DNA from: Paecilomyces variotii
Taxonomy: Eukaryota
Length of the DNA stretch: 64,000 nucleotides
Direction: 5' to 3' (one strand)
NCBI GenBank assembly: GCA_004022145.1
Contig: RCNU01000010.1
The notes under the pieces were generated by a model. It worked only from the letters and a program-made list of their open reading frames with translations. It had not been told where the DNA came from and did no database searches. The position numbers and the translations under genes were made by a program. Shown here in pieces: positions 11,619 to 25,645 of this stretch (positions within the stretch are counted from its first letter, which is position 1; every line of letters begins with the position of its first letter).

Positions 11619-14600
11619 ATGCAAGTTGTGCAGTCTTTTCTTTATTTGTGTTCTGGTTTGTTTCTGTGCTAACAGTTCATCTAGGTGTGAGTTATTTTCT
11701 GACGGGGCACTGAAATCATCAGATCTAACACTGCGATAGCGAAGATCGATAAGCTCTCGATCCTTGGGTATGGCTCCAGTTGAATTCTACATACTTCATG
11801 AGGCATATTCTAATATACCGTGTTTATTTAGTGTTCGTTCGTTCGACAACACCCGGAGCGAAACCATACAGTTTCACACGCCTCTGACGTTGATTGTTGG
11901 ATATAACGGATCCGGAAAGACTGTACGTATACCGGGGAAGATATAAGTTATGGGAGCTTATAGGTGTCACAGACGATCATCGAATGTCTCAAATATGCCA
12001 CTACCGGCGAGCTACCACCCAACAGCAAAGGGGGTGCCTTCATACACGACCCCAAGGTTCGTTGGTCACCTACATTGTCGATCGAAACGTTTACTGAAAA
12101 ATTGCACAGCTATGTGGAGAGAAAGAGGTTCTGGCTCAGGTGAAAATATCATTCCAGAGCACCTCGGGTGCTAAAATGGTAGCGACTCGAAGTCTGCAAC
12201 TCACGGTCAAGAAGTTGACCCGACAACAAAAGACACTGGAAGGACAACTGTTGATGATCAAGGATGGCGAGAGGACGGCTATTTCGTCCCGTGTCGCGGA
12301 ACTGGATCAGATCATGCCCCAATACCTGGGTGTGTCAAAGGCCGTTCTCGACTCGGTCATTTTCTGTCATCAGGACGAGAGTCTATGGCCGATGAGCGAA
12401 CCATCTGTGCTTAAGAAGAGGTTTGATGAGATTTTTGAAGCTATGAAATACACAAAGGCGATCGATAATATCAAGGCTCTGAGAAAGAAACAGAATGAGG
12501 AGCTGGCTAAGTATAAGATCATGGAACAGCACTCAAAGGAAGATAAGGAAAAGGCGGACCGTGCAGAGAAACGATCCATTAAGCTGCAGGAGGAAATCGA
12601 AGCTCTCAGGGAAGAATCACAACGGCTTTCCGAGGAGATGCGCCGCGTGGCCGAACTGGCTGACAAGGCCTGGAAGGAATCGGAGAGCTACGCTGAGATT
12701 CTTGGTACACTAGAGGGAAAGCGGATCGAGGCCAAGAGTATCCAGACTACCATCGATAACATTAAGCGACATCTGGTCGAGCTTGACGATTCAGATGAAT
12801 TCCTCGAGTCCGCCCTTGAAGAATTCGAGTCGAAGCAAATGCAGTACCAACAACAGGAGGAGTCAATGAAGGAGAGATACATGGATATCAAAGAGCAAAT
12901 AGAGCGAGCCAGGCAAGAACTGGGTGTCAAGCAAGCCGAGCTTGGCAAGTGTGAGAGCGACGCAGCCCATTTTGAGAAGCAGGTTCAGAGGAGGGAGAAC
13001 ATGATCAAGGAAATGGCTCGGCGGAACAATATTCGCGGATTTGATGATGCACTTGATGATGCGCACATTCAGGAGTTCGTGAATCGGATGCGCAAGTTGC
13101 TTAAAGACCAGAACAACAGCCTGGAACGTGCAAGAAAACAAGCCCAAGGGGAGTTGCGAGAAACACAGAATGTCCTCAATGAGATCGGACAACGAAAATC
13201 TGCGTTGCAGGAATCCAAAAATGCGGCCAGAAAACAGATATCTGCGAACGATAAGGATGCCGCAACGTACCAGAAGAGACTTAATGAGATCGATATCGAC
13301 GAGGGAAGTAAGGCTGTTCTGGAGTCAAAAATCGAGGACATTGAGTCACGGTTAACCCAGGCAAAGGAGCACGCGCGCTCAGCTTCTTGGGATAATGAGA
13401 TCGAGAAGATCAACTCGGAGCTTCGTTCTTTGGAAGATGAGAACTCTAGGCTGAATACGGAGCTTATAGAGGGGACCAAGAAGGCAGGTGATCTGGCTCG
13501 CTTGGATCATCTGAAGAAAGAACTCAAAGATCGTGAACGCAGCCTTGAGACGATGACTGGAGCACACGGTGACAGGCTATCAAAGCTCATCGGCCAGAGC
13601 TGGCGACCTGAAACCCTAGAGCAAGATTTCCAACGGATACTAGACGAAGAGTCAAAGGCAGTGACTTATGCTGAGCGTGACCGTGATGGAGTGAGCAGAG
13701 AACTCGAACATGTCGAGTTCAAACTGAAGACTATAAAGAAGGATCTCAAGCAAAAGCAGAAGGAACTCGATAGTTGCATCAAGAGTATCCGGGAAGCAAT
13801 CGATGATGAGCCCGCCGAGTACCCCGAAGTGCTCAAACAACGGCAAGCCCAACTTGATATGGCCAAAAAGGATGCTGATCAGTACGCTGGAATGGGTGAA
13901 TATCTCAACAAATGTCTCGATGCAGCAAGACAGAAGAAGGTGTGCAGGACCTGTGCGAGACCGTTCAGAACCGAGGCGGAGTTCCAGGCATTCAAGAATA
14001 AATTGGAGGCACTTGTGAAGAAGGCAACGCAAGATGCCGAAGATGAAAATATGCAGCAGCTAGAAGATGATCTCGAAAATGCACGCTCGGTTAACACAGA
14101 GTATGACACTTGGATGCGTTTGTCGCAGACCGATATTCCTGCCTTGGAGAAGGAAGAAGAGGAATGCGACTCTCAAAAGGAATCACTGTTGGCCCGCATA
14201 GAAGATCATGACAAAGTGGTCAGCGAGAAGATGGAAAGGAGGAGAGACGTTGAATCTCTTTCACGAACAGTTTCGACCATACTCAGACACGAGAGCGATA
14301 TCAAGACGCTTCAGGCTCAGATCCAGGAGCTTGTTTCCAAGCAACAGGACTCTGGCTCCTCGAGGACTCTGGAAGACATTCAAGACGAGATCGCTGGAAT
14401 TGGGGAGAAGTCACGCGCTCTGAAGAAGACCCTCACAAAGTTGACGAACGACAAAGATCAATCGCGGACCAACATCAATAAATTGGAATTGGAACTGCGT
14501 GATGTCAAAAGCAGCCTTGATAATGCCAACTACCAATTGGAAAAGAAGACGAGTCTTCTTTCCCGGATCGAAGAGTACCGAAATCTGAACGCGCAGCAGA

Positions 14601-15867
14601 GAGAAGCAATCGAGAAGGCGGATCGAGACATTGAAGCTCTCGCCCCTGAACTGTCGAAAGCCCAAGTGAAGTACGATGATATCCACCATCGTGCCGAAGC
14701 AAGGGAGGCTGAGCTACAGAAGGAGATCTCTAACCTCTCGGATAACCTACACCTGCTGGACACTGCAAACGATGACATCGAATCGTACACCGAACGGGGT
14801 GGTCCTGATCGGCTAGAAAAGACTAAAGAGGAGCTTACTCGTGTCGAAGAAGAGATTAGGGCTTTTGAGACAGAACTCGGAAACATGACAAGAGAAATCA
14901 ACAAGATCTCCTCTCAATTGAAGGATAGTGAGAATACAAAGCGGCAGTACTCTGATAACCTGACCTACCGCCAGGCAAACAGGGCCTTGGAAGAAGTCAG
15001 AGCAGAAATCGAGAAGCTGGAGGCACAGAACGCAGAAGTTGATCGCAGTCGCTTCAAGGAGGAATCTGAACGGCGCACTCGTGAACACAACGCACTCGCT
15101 GCTAAACAAGCTAGCAAGATGGGCGAGATGAAATCAAAGGATGATCAACTAATGCAGCTGCTTGCCGACTGGAATACGGACTATAAAGATGCAGCGGCCA
15201 AGTTCAAAGAGGCCCACATCAAAGTCGAAACGACGAAGGCTGCTGTCGAGGACCTGGCTCGGTACGGAAGTGCATTAGACAAGGCTATCATGAAATACCA
15301 CAGTCTCAAGATGGAGGAGATCAATTCAATCATTGGTGAACTCTGGCAGAAGACCTACAGAGGTACTGATGTGGACACAATTCTCATTCGTTCTGACAAT
15401 GAGAACGCCAAGGGCAACCGATCCTACAACTATCGCGTATGCATGGTCAAGCAAGACGCGGAGATGGACATGCGTGGTCGTTGCAGTGCTGGTCAGAAGG
15501 TCCTCGCTAGTATCATCATCCGCCTTGCTCTGGCAGAGTGTTTTGGCGTGAACTGCGGTCTCATCGCACTTGATGAGCCAACTACGAATCTCGATAGAGA
15601 TAACATCAGATCTCTTGCCGAGTCACTACACGATATCATCAGAGCGCGTCAACAACAAGCTAACTTCCAGCTCATTGTAATCACCCACGACGAGGAGTTC
15701 TTGCATCATATGCAGTGTGCCGACTTCTGTGACTACTACTACCGTGTATCGAGAAACGAGAGACAGAAATCGATTATCGAAAGACAATCGATTGCAGAGG
15801 TATGTTAATCATGTCTCTGGACAGGGCCCCGGTTTGTTATATACTGACATCAAACTAGGTTATGTAA
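11619..15867 (+). CDS. RAD50: DNA repair protein RAD50 (MRN complex)
   Basis: Walker A GYNGSGKT, long coiled coil, zinc hook CRTC, signature CSAGQKV, Walker B/D-loop [11 protein letters not shown]. There are several 5' introns and a terminal exon GTT ATG TAA at 15859-15867. Confidence 0.97.
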
Positions 15868-16255
15868 TTATGTCTCCAGTATCAGTCTCTCGAGTTGCGT
15901 ATCCTTCTCCAATTTTATGTCGTTATAGCCCGGGAAATTCCACATATAGTGTTCAGTATCATTTCTCCGGTTTAGCTTATCTACCACAATTCTTTATATG
16001 CAAGCATCGGCGTTGTGGTGCTTCGAGGACGAAAATGCGAATAAACTCGGGGAAATCAATGGGATCTACTACGTTTTGCTAAAACATGATACGATGCTAA
16101 AGAATAGTATTATATTATGCTTCAACTCGTTTCAATATGCTAATTCCTCGAAAGTTGTGTGTTCAAGATAATTGTTCTAGGAAGAATGACGTATCCACTC
16201 TCATATAACAGGAAATCATAGTCCTTTTCAATTCGATATGCGACTAGAAAATATC

Positions 16256-17443
16256 TTACTCTACGTCCTCCCCCTCTTCATCACGATCTTCTTCCTCGTA
16301 CTGCTCTTCACCGTCATCAACTAATGGCACGAACCGGAAATCCACAAAGCTCACATGTCCCGCGAACCCGCCTGGAGGTTGGACTCCTCCAGTGGTACCG
16401 CCTCCGTCTCCAAGATCAATTAGGAATTGCAGACTCAGTACGCCTTGGACGTCACCTCGAATGCTCACTTTATTCGCGACCGCCATAGCCCGTGCAGCTT
16501 TGCGGATGAGTGCGAAACGATAGTTTTGCTTGACGCGAACACCCATGGAAGGTGGCGGGTTAACTAGGAAAGTCTCCGTGGCGGTAGGTGCTATTTTGGA
16601 TCTCTTGGCTCGTAATCTGGATGATCCGTCCTCAGTTAGGATCTTATGAGTAGTGTCCGAACGGACACTGCCGGTTTCGTGGTCTTTGTCAATTGAGAAC
16701 TCTACTGTTGATTCGCTGAAGGGTCCGCCTGAGCCGGAGAGAGCGAAGAATGGTTCGCGCTTCGCTGATGCGGAGATAGTGAGGATGGTAGGGGTTGTTG
16801 AGTCGAGTTCTTTGATAGCATCGTGGAGTAGAGCAGAGCGCATGATGATCTTCATAATGATAGCGTCTCGCTGGAGAGGAATTTCGAAGTCACCGGGCGA
16901 TGTGCCGAAGGTTTGATCGTCAGGCTCATAAGCCGTCAACTCGCAGGTTGTCGTGACGCCTGCCTCAGAGAGTGTGATGCTTAGAGGGGCTCCGAGCTCG
17001 GGGTAATTTATCGTGCAAGACCGGTTGAGAAGCAAGGCTGGCGTATTGAAGGCGCTGGAAGGAGGCTGATTTGACTGAGGGGCAGAGCTGCTTGCTGCTG
17101 ACGCGTCGTTCACCCCGAAGATCTGGAGGGTTTCCAGCAGAGCAGAGAGGGAAATGAGGAAATGAGGGTATATGATGCTACCGCCGTCATTATCAGGGCT
17201 ATTTTGGTCATTGTTGTCAGAGTGGTCGGCCTCGGCGGGCGGATTAAACGTATAGCTGGTAAAGAGAGCTTTGTCGAGAAAGGCCAGGCCTTGCATGACC
17301 CGGCTTTCTTCGACTGAAAACCGGATACCCTCCGGCGTGATTTGAACCGATGCCTTGGGAGCAATCCCTATGCAACGCAATAGGGTGTAGAGTTGATTGG
17401 CATTGCTAGACACCGCAGACAAAATAGGTGCTCTTCCTGCCAT
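16256..17443 (-). CDS. RAD1: 9-1-1 checkpoint clamp subunit Rad1/Rec1/Rad17
   Basis: EGIRFSVEESRVMQGLAFLDKALF, TTTCELTAYEP, KVSIRGDVQGVLSLQF and FVDFRFVPL match the Rad1 family. ATG at 17443. Confidence 0.9.
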   Translation of the reverse strand: MAGRAPILSAVSSNANQLYTLLRCIGIAPKASVQITPEGIRFSVEESRVMQGLAFLDKALFTSYTFNPPAEADHSDNNDQNSPDNDGGSIIYPHFLISLSALLETLQIFGVNDASAASSSAPQSNQPPSSAFNTPALLLNRSCTINYPELGAPLSITLSEAGVTTTCELTAYEPDDQTFGTSPGDFEIPLQRDAIIMKIIMRSALLHDAIKELDSTTPTILTISASAKREPFFALSGSGGPFSESTVEFSIDKDHETGSVRSDTTHKILTEDGSSRLRAKRSKIAPTATETFLVNPPPSMGVRVKQNYRFALIRKAARAMAVANKVSIRGDVQGVLSLQFLIDLGDGGGTTGGVQPPGGFAGHVSFVDFRFVPLVDDGEEQYEEEDRDEEGEDVE

Positions 17444-18302
17444 CTTCAACGTGTGTAACGGCCTGGCCAGGAGAACGATTGCGGAGAAAAAGGTCTTCAA
17501 TAGAATTGCCTGAAGAATATAACAAAAGATTCGTTCCTTATTCCAGCTTATGGTACATTATACAGCATAGGGGTATTGTTCGAGAATGGAATGGGAGGTT
17601 AAACGTAAACTCCGGCGGCGCAGATCATGAACACGGATCCGAATCTACGCAGTAAAGACTGATTAGACATATACCGCTTGATGTGAGAAATATGTCGCTT
17701 ACCCGAGCGCTAGAGAGGCAGGCAGTCCCAGCAATGGTATATTCAGAAGAGAGCGATCTAGCAACATGTCAGTGAGCGGCGGCGTCAGCGTGTCTGTCAT
17801 GAATGAGGTACTCACTGAGACCGAAGAGACCGGTGAGGATGATAGCTATAATATTATATGTTAGTTCCATGCAGACAAATCGGAATCTATTCGAGCTGAC
17901 CACTCAGAATCAAGGTGAAGCCGACGAAGAATTGCGCGTCTTTGGAGACGAGAGGATAGTAAGGTCTCGCGGAGGTAGCCTCCCAGACTTCGTTGAGAGA
18001 CATTGAGGTATTGTCAGCAAGTCGACGGCTTCAAATAAAGAACAGGATACTGGAGCTCCGCGATCGATTCTCCGTGATAGCGGTGATAGACCTCTTCATG
18101 AGCACCTCGTCCTCGAGGTTGATCTAGAACTAGAATGCGTTGATGCTCCGGTCGATCTGGCCCCATTGAGTGTCGGATAAACGTAATCCCGGAGCTAAAC
18201 CCCATATCCAGAACGCGGAGATCAGCTCAAGATACGCCACCACCCGCGACATCACCTTGGTTGAACAACAGCACCCTCGAGACGGATTGATTGCGTGACA
18301 GC

Positions 18303-19849
<1,547 letters not shown>

Positions 19850-20817
19850 AAACACAATATGTAACGCTAGCACGGCTTTTCATTCGATGAGGACGGAGTT
19901 TTTCCGGTTATAAAATACCCAATGGTCAAGTGGATTATCGGCGTTGGAGAACATGTGATTTAGAAGTATCTATAATAAGGACTGTGTGCACATCTTGTAC
20001 AGACCTCCTACTGGCCAAAGCGCTCGACTTCGACGTACAACATTATCGAATGAAGAAGCAGCCAGATGGTTTTGATTAGGCACCTGGGTATACAAGGTCC
20101 TTGGCCATCGCGAAGTCACTCGAGGCTACGTCTGCACTATTGGTTGATTAAGCATAGGTACTGTACTTGCACCTGGGGGCCATCAGATCAACGCATCAAT
20201 ATCGCTAGCCTTCCTGCGCTATTTTAATTTAGCATGGTCCTTTCCATCGACTTTGGGCTGCTAGTCATGACCGGTCACTGCGCTGATGTGTTAATTTCGG
20301 CTACATGTTTTACCGAGCCGCCAGGCCATGGCGACGGGCGTTTCACTTTCAGAGGGATATCGCTGCAGAGTACGAGAACAACATTTTCATAAATTCACTG
20401 GCAGGACTGGCTTTCAACCCTGCTTTATGCCAGACTGCGTCGACTGCTGCTTATCAGTTCCTGTCTTAAGTGTTCTACAGCCCAGGGTGAGCTGTTGCGG
20501 GGTTCTCTATCCGTCTTACAGAAACCACTGTTGATACCCGCATTCCTCTCACCATATCGGCTCTGGGCATTCACCATTGTGGCTTAGCGGTCGCAACACA
20601 GGGGCACGATCTCTTGCAGGACAGTATCCTGTCACTGTTCTTGGTGGTTTATCCACTCTACTGTCGATAATCGCGTTTGTGTGCGACTGGTGCACCGCTC
20701 CCTTATTACTGACGCGCCCCTGAGTTCCACGGTCGGCACTGTTGATGCCCCCTGTCACGAGGTGTTCATCAGAGGCTGCGATCGTTCAATTGTACAAACA
20801 AAAGAGGTGCAGAAGAA

Positions 20818-22051
20818 ATGGCTACAGAATCTCTTTCAGAGATGGAGCGGCGCAATCGGCTGCCGACCCTTTTTGAGGTCCTCAGCCGTCGCACCCTTGC
20901 GCCAGTTGACTTATTCTCTTTCTATATCTACATGCGCGATCAGCAGCGCTCTGTGGATTACTTGGATTTCTGGTACGTTTAGTCTTGGTGTCTCAAAATA
21001 AAAGTGCGTCTTGTCTAATCACGATTGCAGGCTGGATGTATCGCAACACATGTCCTTGTGTCGACACTATGTCCGCGAACTACGCCGCTCTGTCTTGGTG
21101 GCTACTCCTGACCTCGAGAAGGCGGGAAGCAAGAGGTCGTCGACTGTCCTAGAGAACCTGGAGAACTTGGGAGATATCCCACTTGACGAAGCCGGTCCGT
21201 CTGGCTTTCACAACAGAAACTCAGAAGAGAAGGACGCCGATCAGAAACTCTCTGCTTTCCTGCGTTTAGAAGGTCAGGGGTCTTCTCCGCAAGGCAGTAT
21301 AGGCTCTCAATCCGCCGGAAGAGTATCGTCGAACGAGCAGCGCCCTCGCGAGAGTTTCATGACTACGCCTGAGCCGGGAATCGATTCTGGCTCACCTGGC
21401 CATACTGTGACTCGTGCGGATATTCGCGCCAGTGCTGAAAAGATCCTGTATACATACCTACTTCCAGGATCTGAGCGCGAAATTATCCTTCCGGAGAACA
21501 TGGTGAACAGCTGTATCAACATGATCGAGGATGATGGCCGAGATGATCCAGAAGTTTTCGACTCTGCCAAGGACTACGTCTTCCAAGCCATGGAGCGCGA
21601 TGCTTTCCCTGGTTTCTTGCAAGCAAAGGCCCTGGGCAACTTGGTTCCCTTGAGTATTGTGGCCCGCTTGGCATTTGCGCTGGCGTCCTTCGGAGGAGGG
21701 TTCTGGGCTGCTTTCTACGTAGTGCTGAGTGATAAACCAAGACATATCCGCTGCTGGGTAAGCCATTCCTTTGCTTTGAACGATCGAGTCCCATTTTACT
21801 GACTGCTGGGATAGGTTATCCTTCCTTTCGCCATAGCTTCTTATTTCCTTGTTTCCTACCAGTACAAGATCGACCCGGTTATGGCCCTGGTTGGGTACAG
21901 CGAGTACACGTTCATGAATTGGACGCGGATCCAGGAGCCTTACGTGCGCCGTCTCCTCAACAAACGAGCGACTGCCACTCTCTTCATTACAATTCTCCTC
22001 GCTGTTGCACTCTGTGTGCTATTCATTTTCGTTCCCGGAACGATGCTCTGA
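20818..22051 (+). CDS. rgsB: RGS-domain membrane protein Rax1/RgsB
   Basis: RNRLPTLFEVLSRRTLAPVDLFSFYIYMRDQQRSVDYLDFW, GRDDPEVFD and AMERDAFPGFL, with C-terminal TM helices ending FVPGTML*. An additional upstream exon is not excluded. Confidence 0.88.
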
Positions 22052-23072
22052 ACACCCAAATACCCTCTCGAAAATCAGCTACCTGCTGTCCTTTTCCTAT
22101 GTTTCTTGTGGCGTTCCGGTATTACCCCGCTATCCAATCAGCGGCAATCTCGCATGGTTTCCTTTGGCCCAGCGTATCGATATCATCCCGAGATTTACTG
22201 TCCAGCCAGGCGTATGGTGTTATCGGTTTCTTAACAGGTCGAACGAGTTCTCGAGCATTATCCAGTTATGGAAAAAAGCAGTTACCGCTCTTGAGGGCGA
22301 CAGCGACTTGTTTGTTCCTGTTTCTTATCTCATCAACCTATTTCTCTTCTGTCTGTCTCATATTCCGTCTTGATCTTTCCGATCTTCTCCTGTGAAATCT
22401 CCAGGTTCTTTTTTTTCGCAATTGAACATATCCCTCACCACGGCACCCGCCACGAGTTTGAGCGACTGCAATCTGTCTCCCGCCATTTTATCTTCTTTCT
22501 CTCTCCCTCGATACCTTTTTCCCAACATGCCCAGCACCTTTAGCCTCTCCGGTACAGAGTCTTTTTCTTTTCTTGTTTCTTTTCGATTCGTTGCACATAA
22601 TACCCCTTTACTTTTTGTTCTCCCATGCAGTCGATGTTTGTAATGTACAATGAGTTTCTCAGATTACTTGTGGGCGGCCCTATCTCTCTTCAGGTGTGGA
22701 TAATGGGGCATGCTTCGAATCTAACGCATTTCTCGCGAAAAGGGTTATATTGTTCTTAGTCATTTTTAGATCGTAGACTGTAGTTACAGTTTGGTAGTGA
22801 GATTTTACTAGAGTATGCTTGTATGGTAGATCAGAAGTCTCGTATTATAGCGTGACGGAGAAATACTCTTGAGGGGTCTTCTTTGGAGCAAAATAAGGAG
22901 GGATATTAATCTAGCTAGGACGGTATATCTGAGGGATAGTTTCCTTTCTTGTTGTCATTTCATTGATTCTAAGGACGGGAGAAGTTAGTCCATATCCTAT
23001 CCTCCCTTTTCTACCCTTTTCTAAGAGGCCGTCGTATGTTCATTAAGTATGCTTTAACAATTGAGATAATGC

Positions 23073-24170
23073 TCAGGACTTCTTCCCCATATTCAATATG
23101 CGCTTTGCCTGTCTGGCCCCTGTCCCTCCCGCAGCTCCCGCTCTGGAAGAAGATCCGGCTCCCTCGTCGATGTCCATACGGGATCCTCCAGCACCCGAAT
23201 CACCAGCGCCATCGCTCCCGTTATCCCAGTATCCGTCGTCGTCGTCGTGGTCAGCGTTGAATTCACGTTTATTGCCAGGACCGGCGCCGCCGCCAAAGCC
23301 ATGCTTGCCATCTTTGGACCTCAGACCACCTCTGCGTCCGCCTCCTGACTCCCCGTCCGTATCATCCTCACCTTCCCAGCCGTTCAGGGCTCGCTCTAGG
23401 AGCTCTGCCCGTGCGCGCTCCTTGGCACGTCGTTTCTCTGCTTCCATTTTAATGCGTGCGATCTCGGCCTCGATGCCGCCGATCACGCCACCGCAGCGGT
23501 TCTTCCATTCCGTCAGGATGGCGATCATCGTAGCTACGGATTGAGGTCGAACATCACGGAGGGGTGCGACGGAGGTCACATGCACCGTAGGAGGGTTGGT
23601 TGCGGGGGAGAGACGTGCGGTGATTAGCGAGGAATAGATCGCTTTTGTAACGAGGGACTCCAGCTCAGACGGGGAAGAGATCGAAAGGGAAGTCATGAGA
23701 GATTGGTAGGTGAGGGGCTTGAGGGTGGTGGAGAGGGTGAGGAGAGATAGGAGACGGAGTTTCAGCTCTTGCTCCGGTTTGAGAGCGGGGAGGTTGGGGG
23801 TTGCTGTATATTGACAATAAAAGATTAGTTAGGTATTATACAGCGCTCTATGGTTGAAGTTTCCAAGAAGGAAAAAAGGTGATGGGAGATCAAAGAAAGC
23901 GGGGTACTCACATTGATACTCCTCCCATGTTCCCCAGGCGAAGATTTCGAGCAGTTTTAGATATCCCTTGTATTCCTCTGGCGTGTCTGCTGATCGGAGA
24001 GCTTGCACGGTTGGTGTCTCCAGAAGCTCGGCAAAGACGTAGGTGTTGGGGCTCGAAGTGGCATTCGTTATCAAGTTCGCAACGAACCGGGGGGAAGTTG
24101 CGCTGTTGGAATTCGCAACGTGTATGAATGGTTGAAGAGCCTCCAGGGCTCGCGCGTGAGCTTGATCCAT
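23073..24170 (-). CDS. csnG: COP9 signalosome subunit 7 (PCI domain), 1 intron
   Basis: NTYVFAELLETP, LLEIFAWGTWEEY, KLRLLSLLTL and VAPLRDVRP motifs of fungal CSN7. Confidence 0.88.
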
Positions 24171-24715
24171 TATCGTAGATGCACCCTTGTCACGATCATG
24201 AGCAGAGAGGGCTAGGCAAGAGAGATGTTGGAGCTGTCTTGAGGGACTGGGAGGGACGGATAACTAGTAGCTGCTCTGGGAGAGTGTTTCGTCCCGCGGG
24301 CTGGAAAACGGACGATTTTTAAGCTCTTGAAAGGCTAACTTGCCAACTTGATACTGTCGATTAGAGGAGCCTCCTCGAATATTGTTTGCAAGTCCTAGAC
24401 TGATAACGATGGTGATGGCCGGCGGTGATGGTAGTTGGATGGGGTTATTCTGCATACAGTGCAAACAGCTCCTCCGCAGCGGATATACTTCATACGACGG
24501 TGCACTATATATATACACTGACAGTTTCTCGGTGCCAGGTACAGAAATCCGGGTCTATTTCAGGCTAAAGTATTATTCAGTCCTATTCTACACATAGAAA
24601 AGAAATATATGTGTCAATATACAGTAGCTCTCTCGGGGCCATCTCGTGCAGAATCACTACCAGCTGGGTACTCTTCCATTGCTGCAACAATGTCACAGCC
24701 CCATTAGTTACACTC

Positions 24716-25645
24716 TCATTGAGCTGACTGTACCCTGGGCTTGCTGAGATGCTCCAATCGATGGAGATGGCCGTGAGGGATTGTATAATCAGACACTGGA
24801 GTTCGCTCTGGAGGGCATTCTTGCATCGCCTGGTTTTGGTAAGCATTGACCTGGTCTGCATACAGATTCACCCTCTCGGGGTAAGCGCCCATGTGCCGTG
24901 CGAAATACTCTTCATTATTATGTATACCTCTACTGGGATCCTCGGAGGTCCGCTGAAACTTCAGAGGCCGCTCATAGTATGAAGTACAGTCTCGATCAAT
25001 AGAATAATATCCTCCAAATGTACCGGCTGTTTGCAGAGACGAGTAATTAGGAGGTCGAGATAGCGCAGATTGAGAATAATCTTCTGGCATTAAAGTCCGT
25101 TTCATTATTTTCCGGGATCTTTTTCGGAGCCTTAACTTCACGCCCTGGTCCACGAATGATCTTGATAAAAACGTCGATTCTGTCATACCGGGGAAGTACT
25201 TCTGGGAAGACACGGTGAAGCGATCAGAGATGACAGATTCGAGGCCGACAACAATGTCTTTTCTCATCTCGAAGAGAGTGAACCTCAACCGAAATTCACC
25301 TTCAACCTTTATGAATAAGTTCCCGAAAATAAAGAAGCCTCCGTCGCTATTATCGACGTCCTTCAGTCGGTGAAGGGACGAAACCAGTGTTCCTGCGAGA
25401 GCGGTAGACGGCTGCACCGTAGCCGGACGATCCTCTGCGGCGTCGTACAGACTCATGCACATAAAATAATATGGGTTTTGCAGGTAGTTCTGCGCGAGAT
25501 AATGATTACCGTCCCGAATCCTGAGCTGAATGATGGGTGGCGGATCGATGGGCTTGCGGTCTCTTTCTTTGCTGCCAGCCATTTTTGCCCGATCGGGCTG
25601 TTGGCGGATCAACAATTCGAAATCGGCTCTATGAGTGGTCGGCAT
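24716..25645 (-). CDS. Velvet-domain regulator, VosA-like, intronless
   Basis: RQQPDRAKMAG..DRKPIDPPPIIQL, LAGTLVSSLHRLKDVDN.DGGFF, EGEFRLRFTLFEM and FPGMTESTFLSRSFVDQGVKLRLRK form a VosA-class velvet domain in one 309-aa ORF. Confidence 0.9.
   Translation of the reverse strand: MPTTHRADFELLIRQQPDRAKMAGSKERDRKPIDPPPIIQLRIRDGNHYLAQNYLQNPYYFMCMSLYDAAEDRPATVQPSTALAGTLVSSLHRLKDVDNSDGGFFIFGNLFIKVEGEFRLRFTLFEMRKDIVVGLESVISDRFTVSSQKYFPGMTESTFLSRSFVDQGVKLRLRKRSRKIMKRTLMPEDYSQSALSRPPNYSSLQTAGTFGGYYSIDRDCTSYYERPLKFQRTSEDPSRGIHNNEEYFARHMGAYPERVNLYADQVNAYQNQAMQECPPERTPVSDYTIPHGHLHRLEHLSKPRVQSAQ

Noticed and set aside
12370-15551. Many short ORFs inside RAD50
   Set aside because: Shadow ORFs of coiled-coil coding sequence (Ser/Leu/Phe-rich antisense translations).
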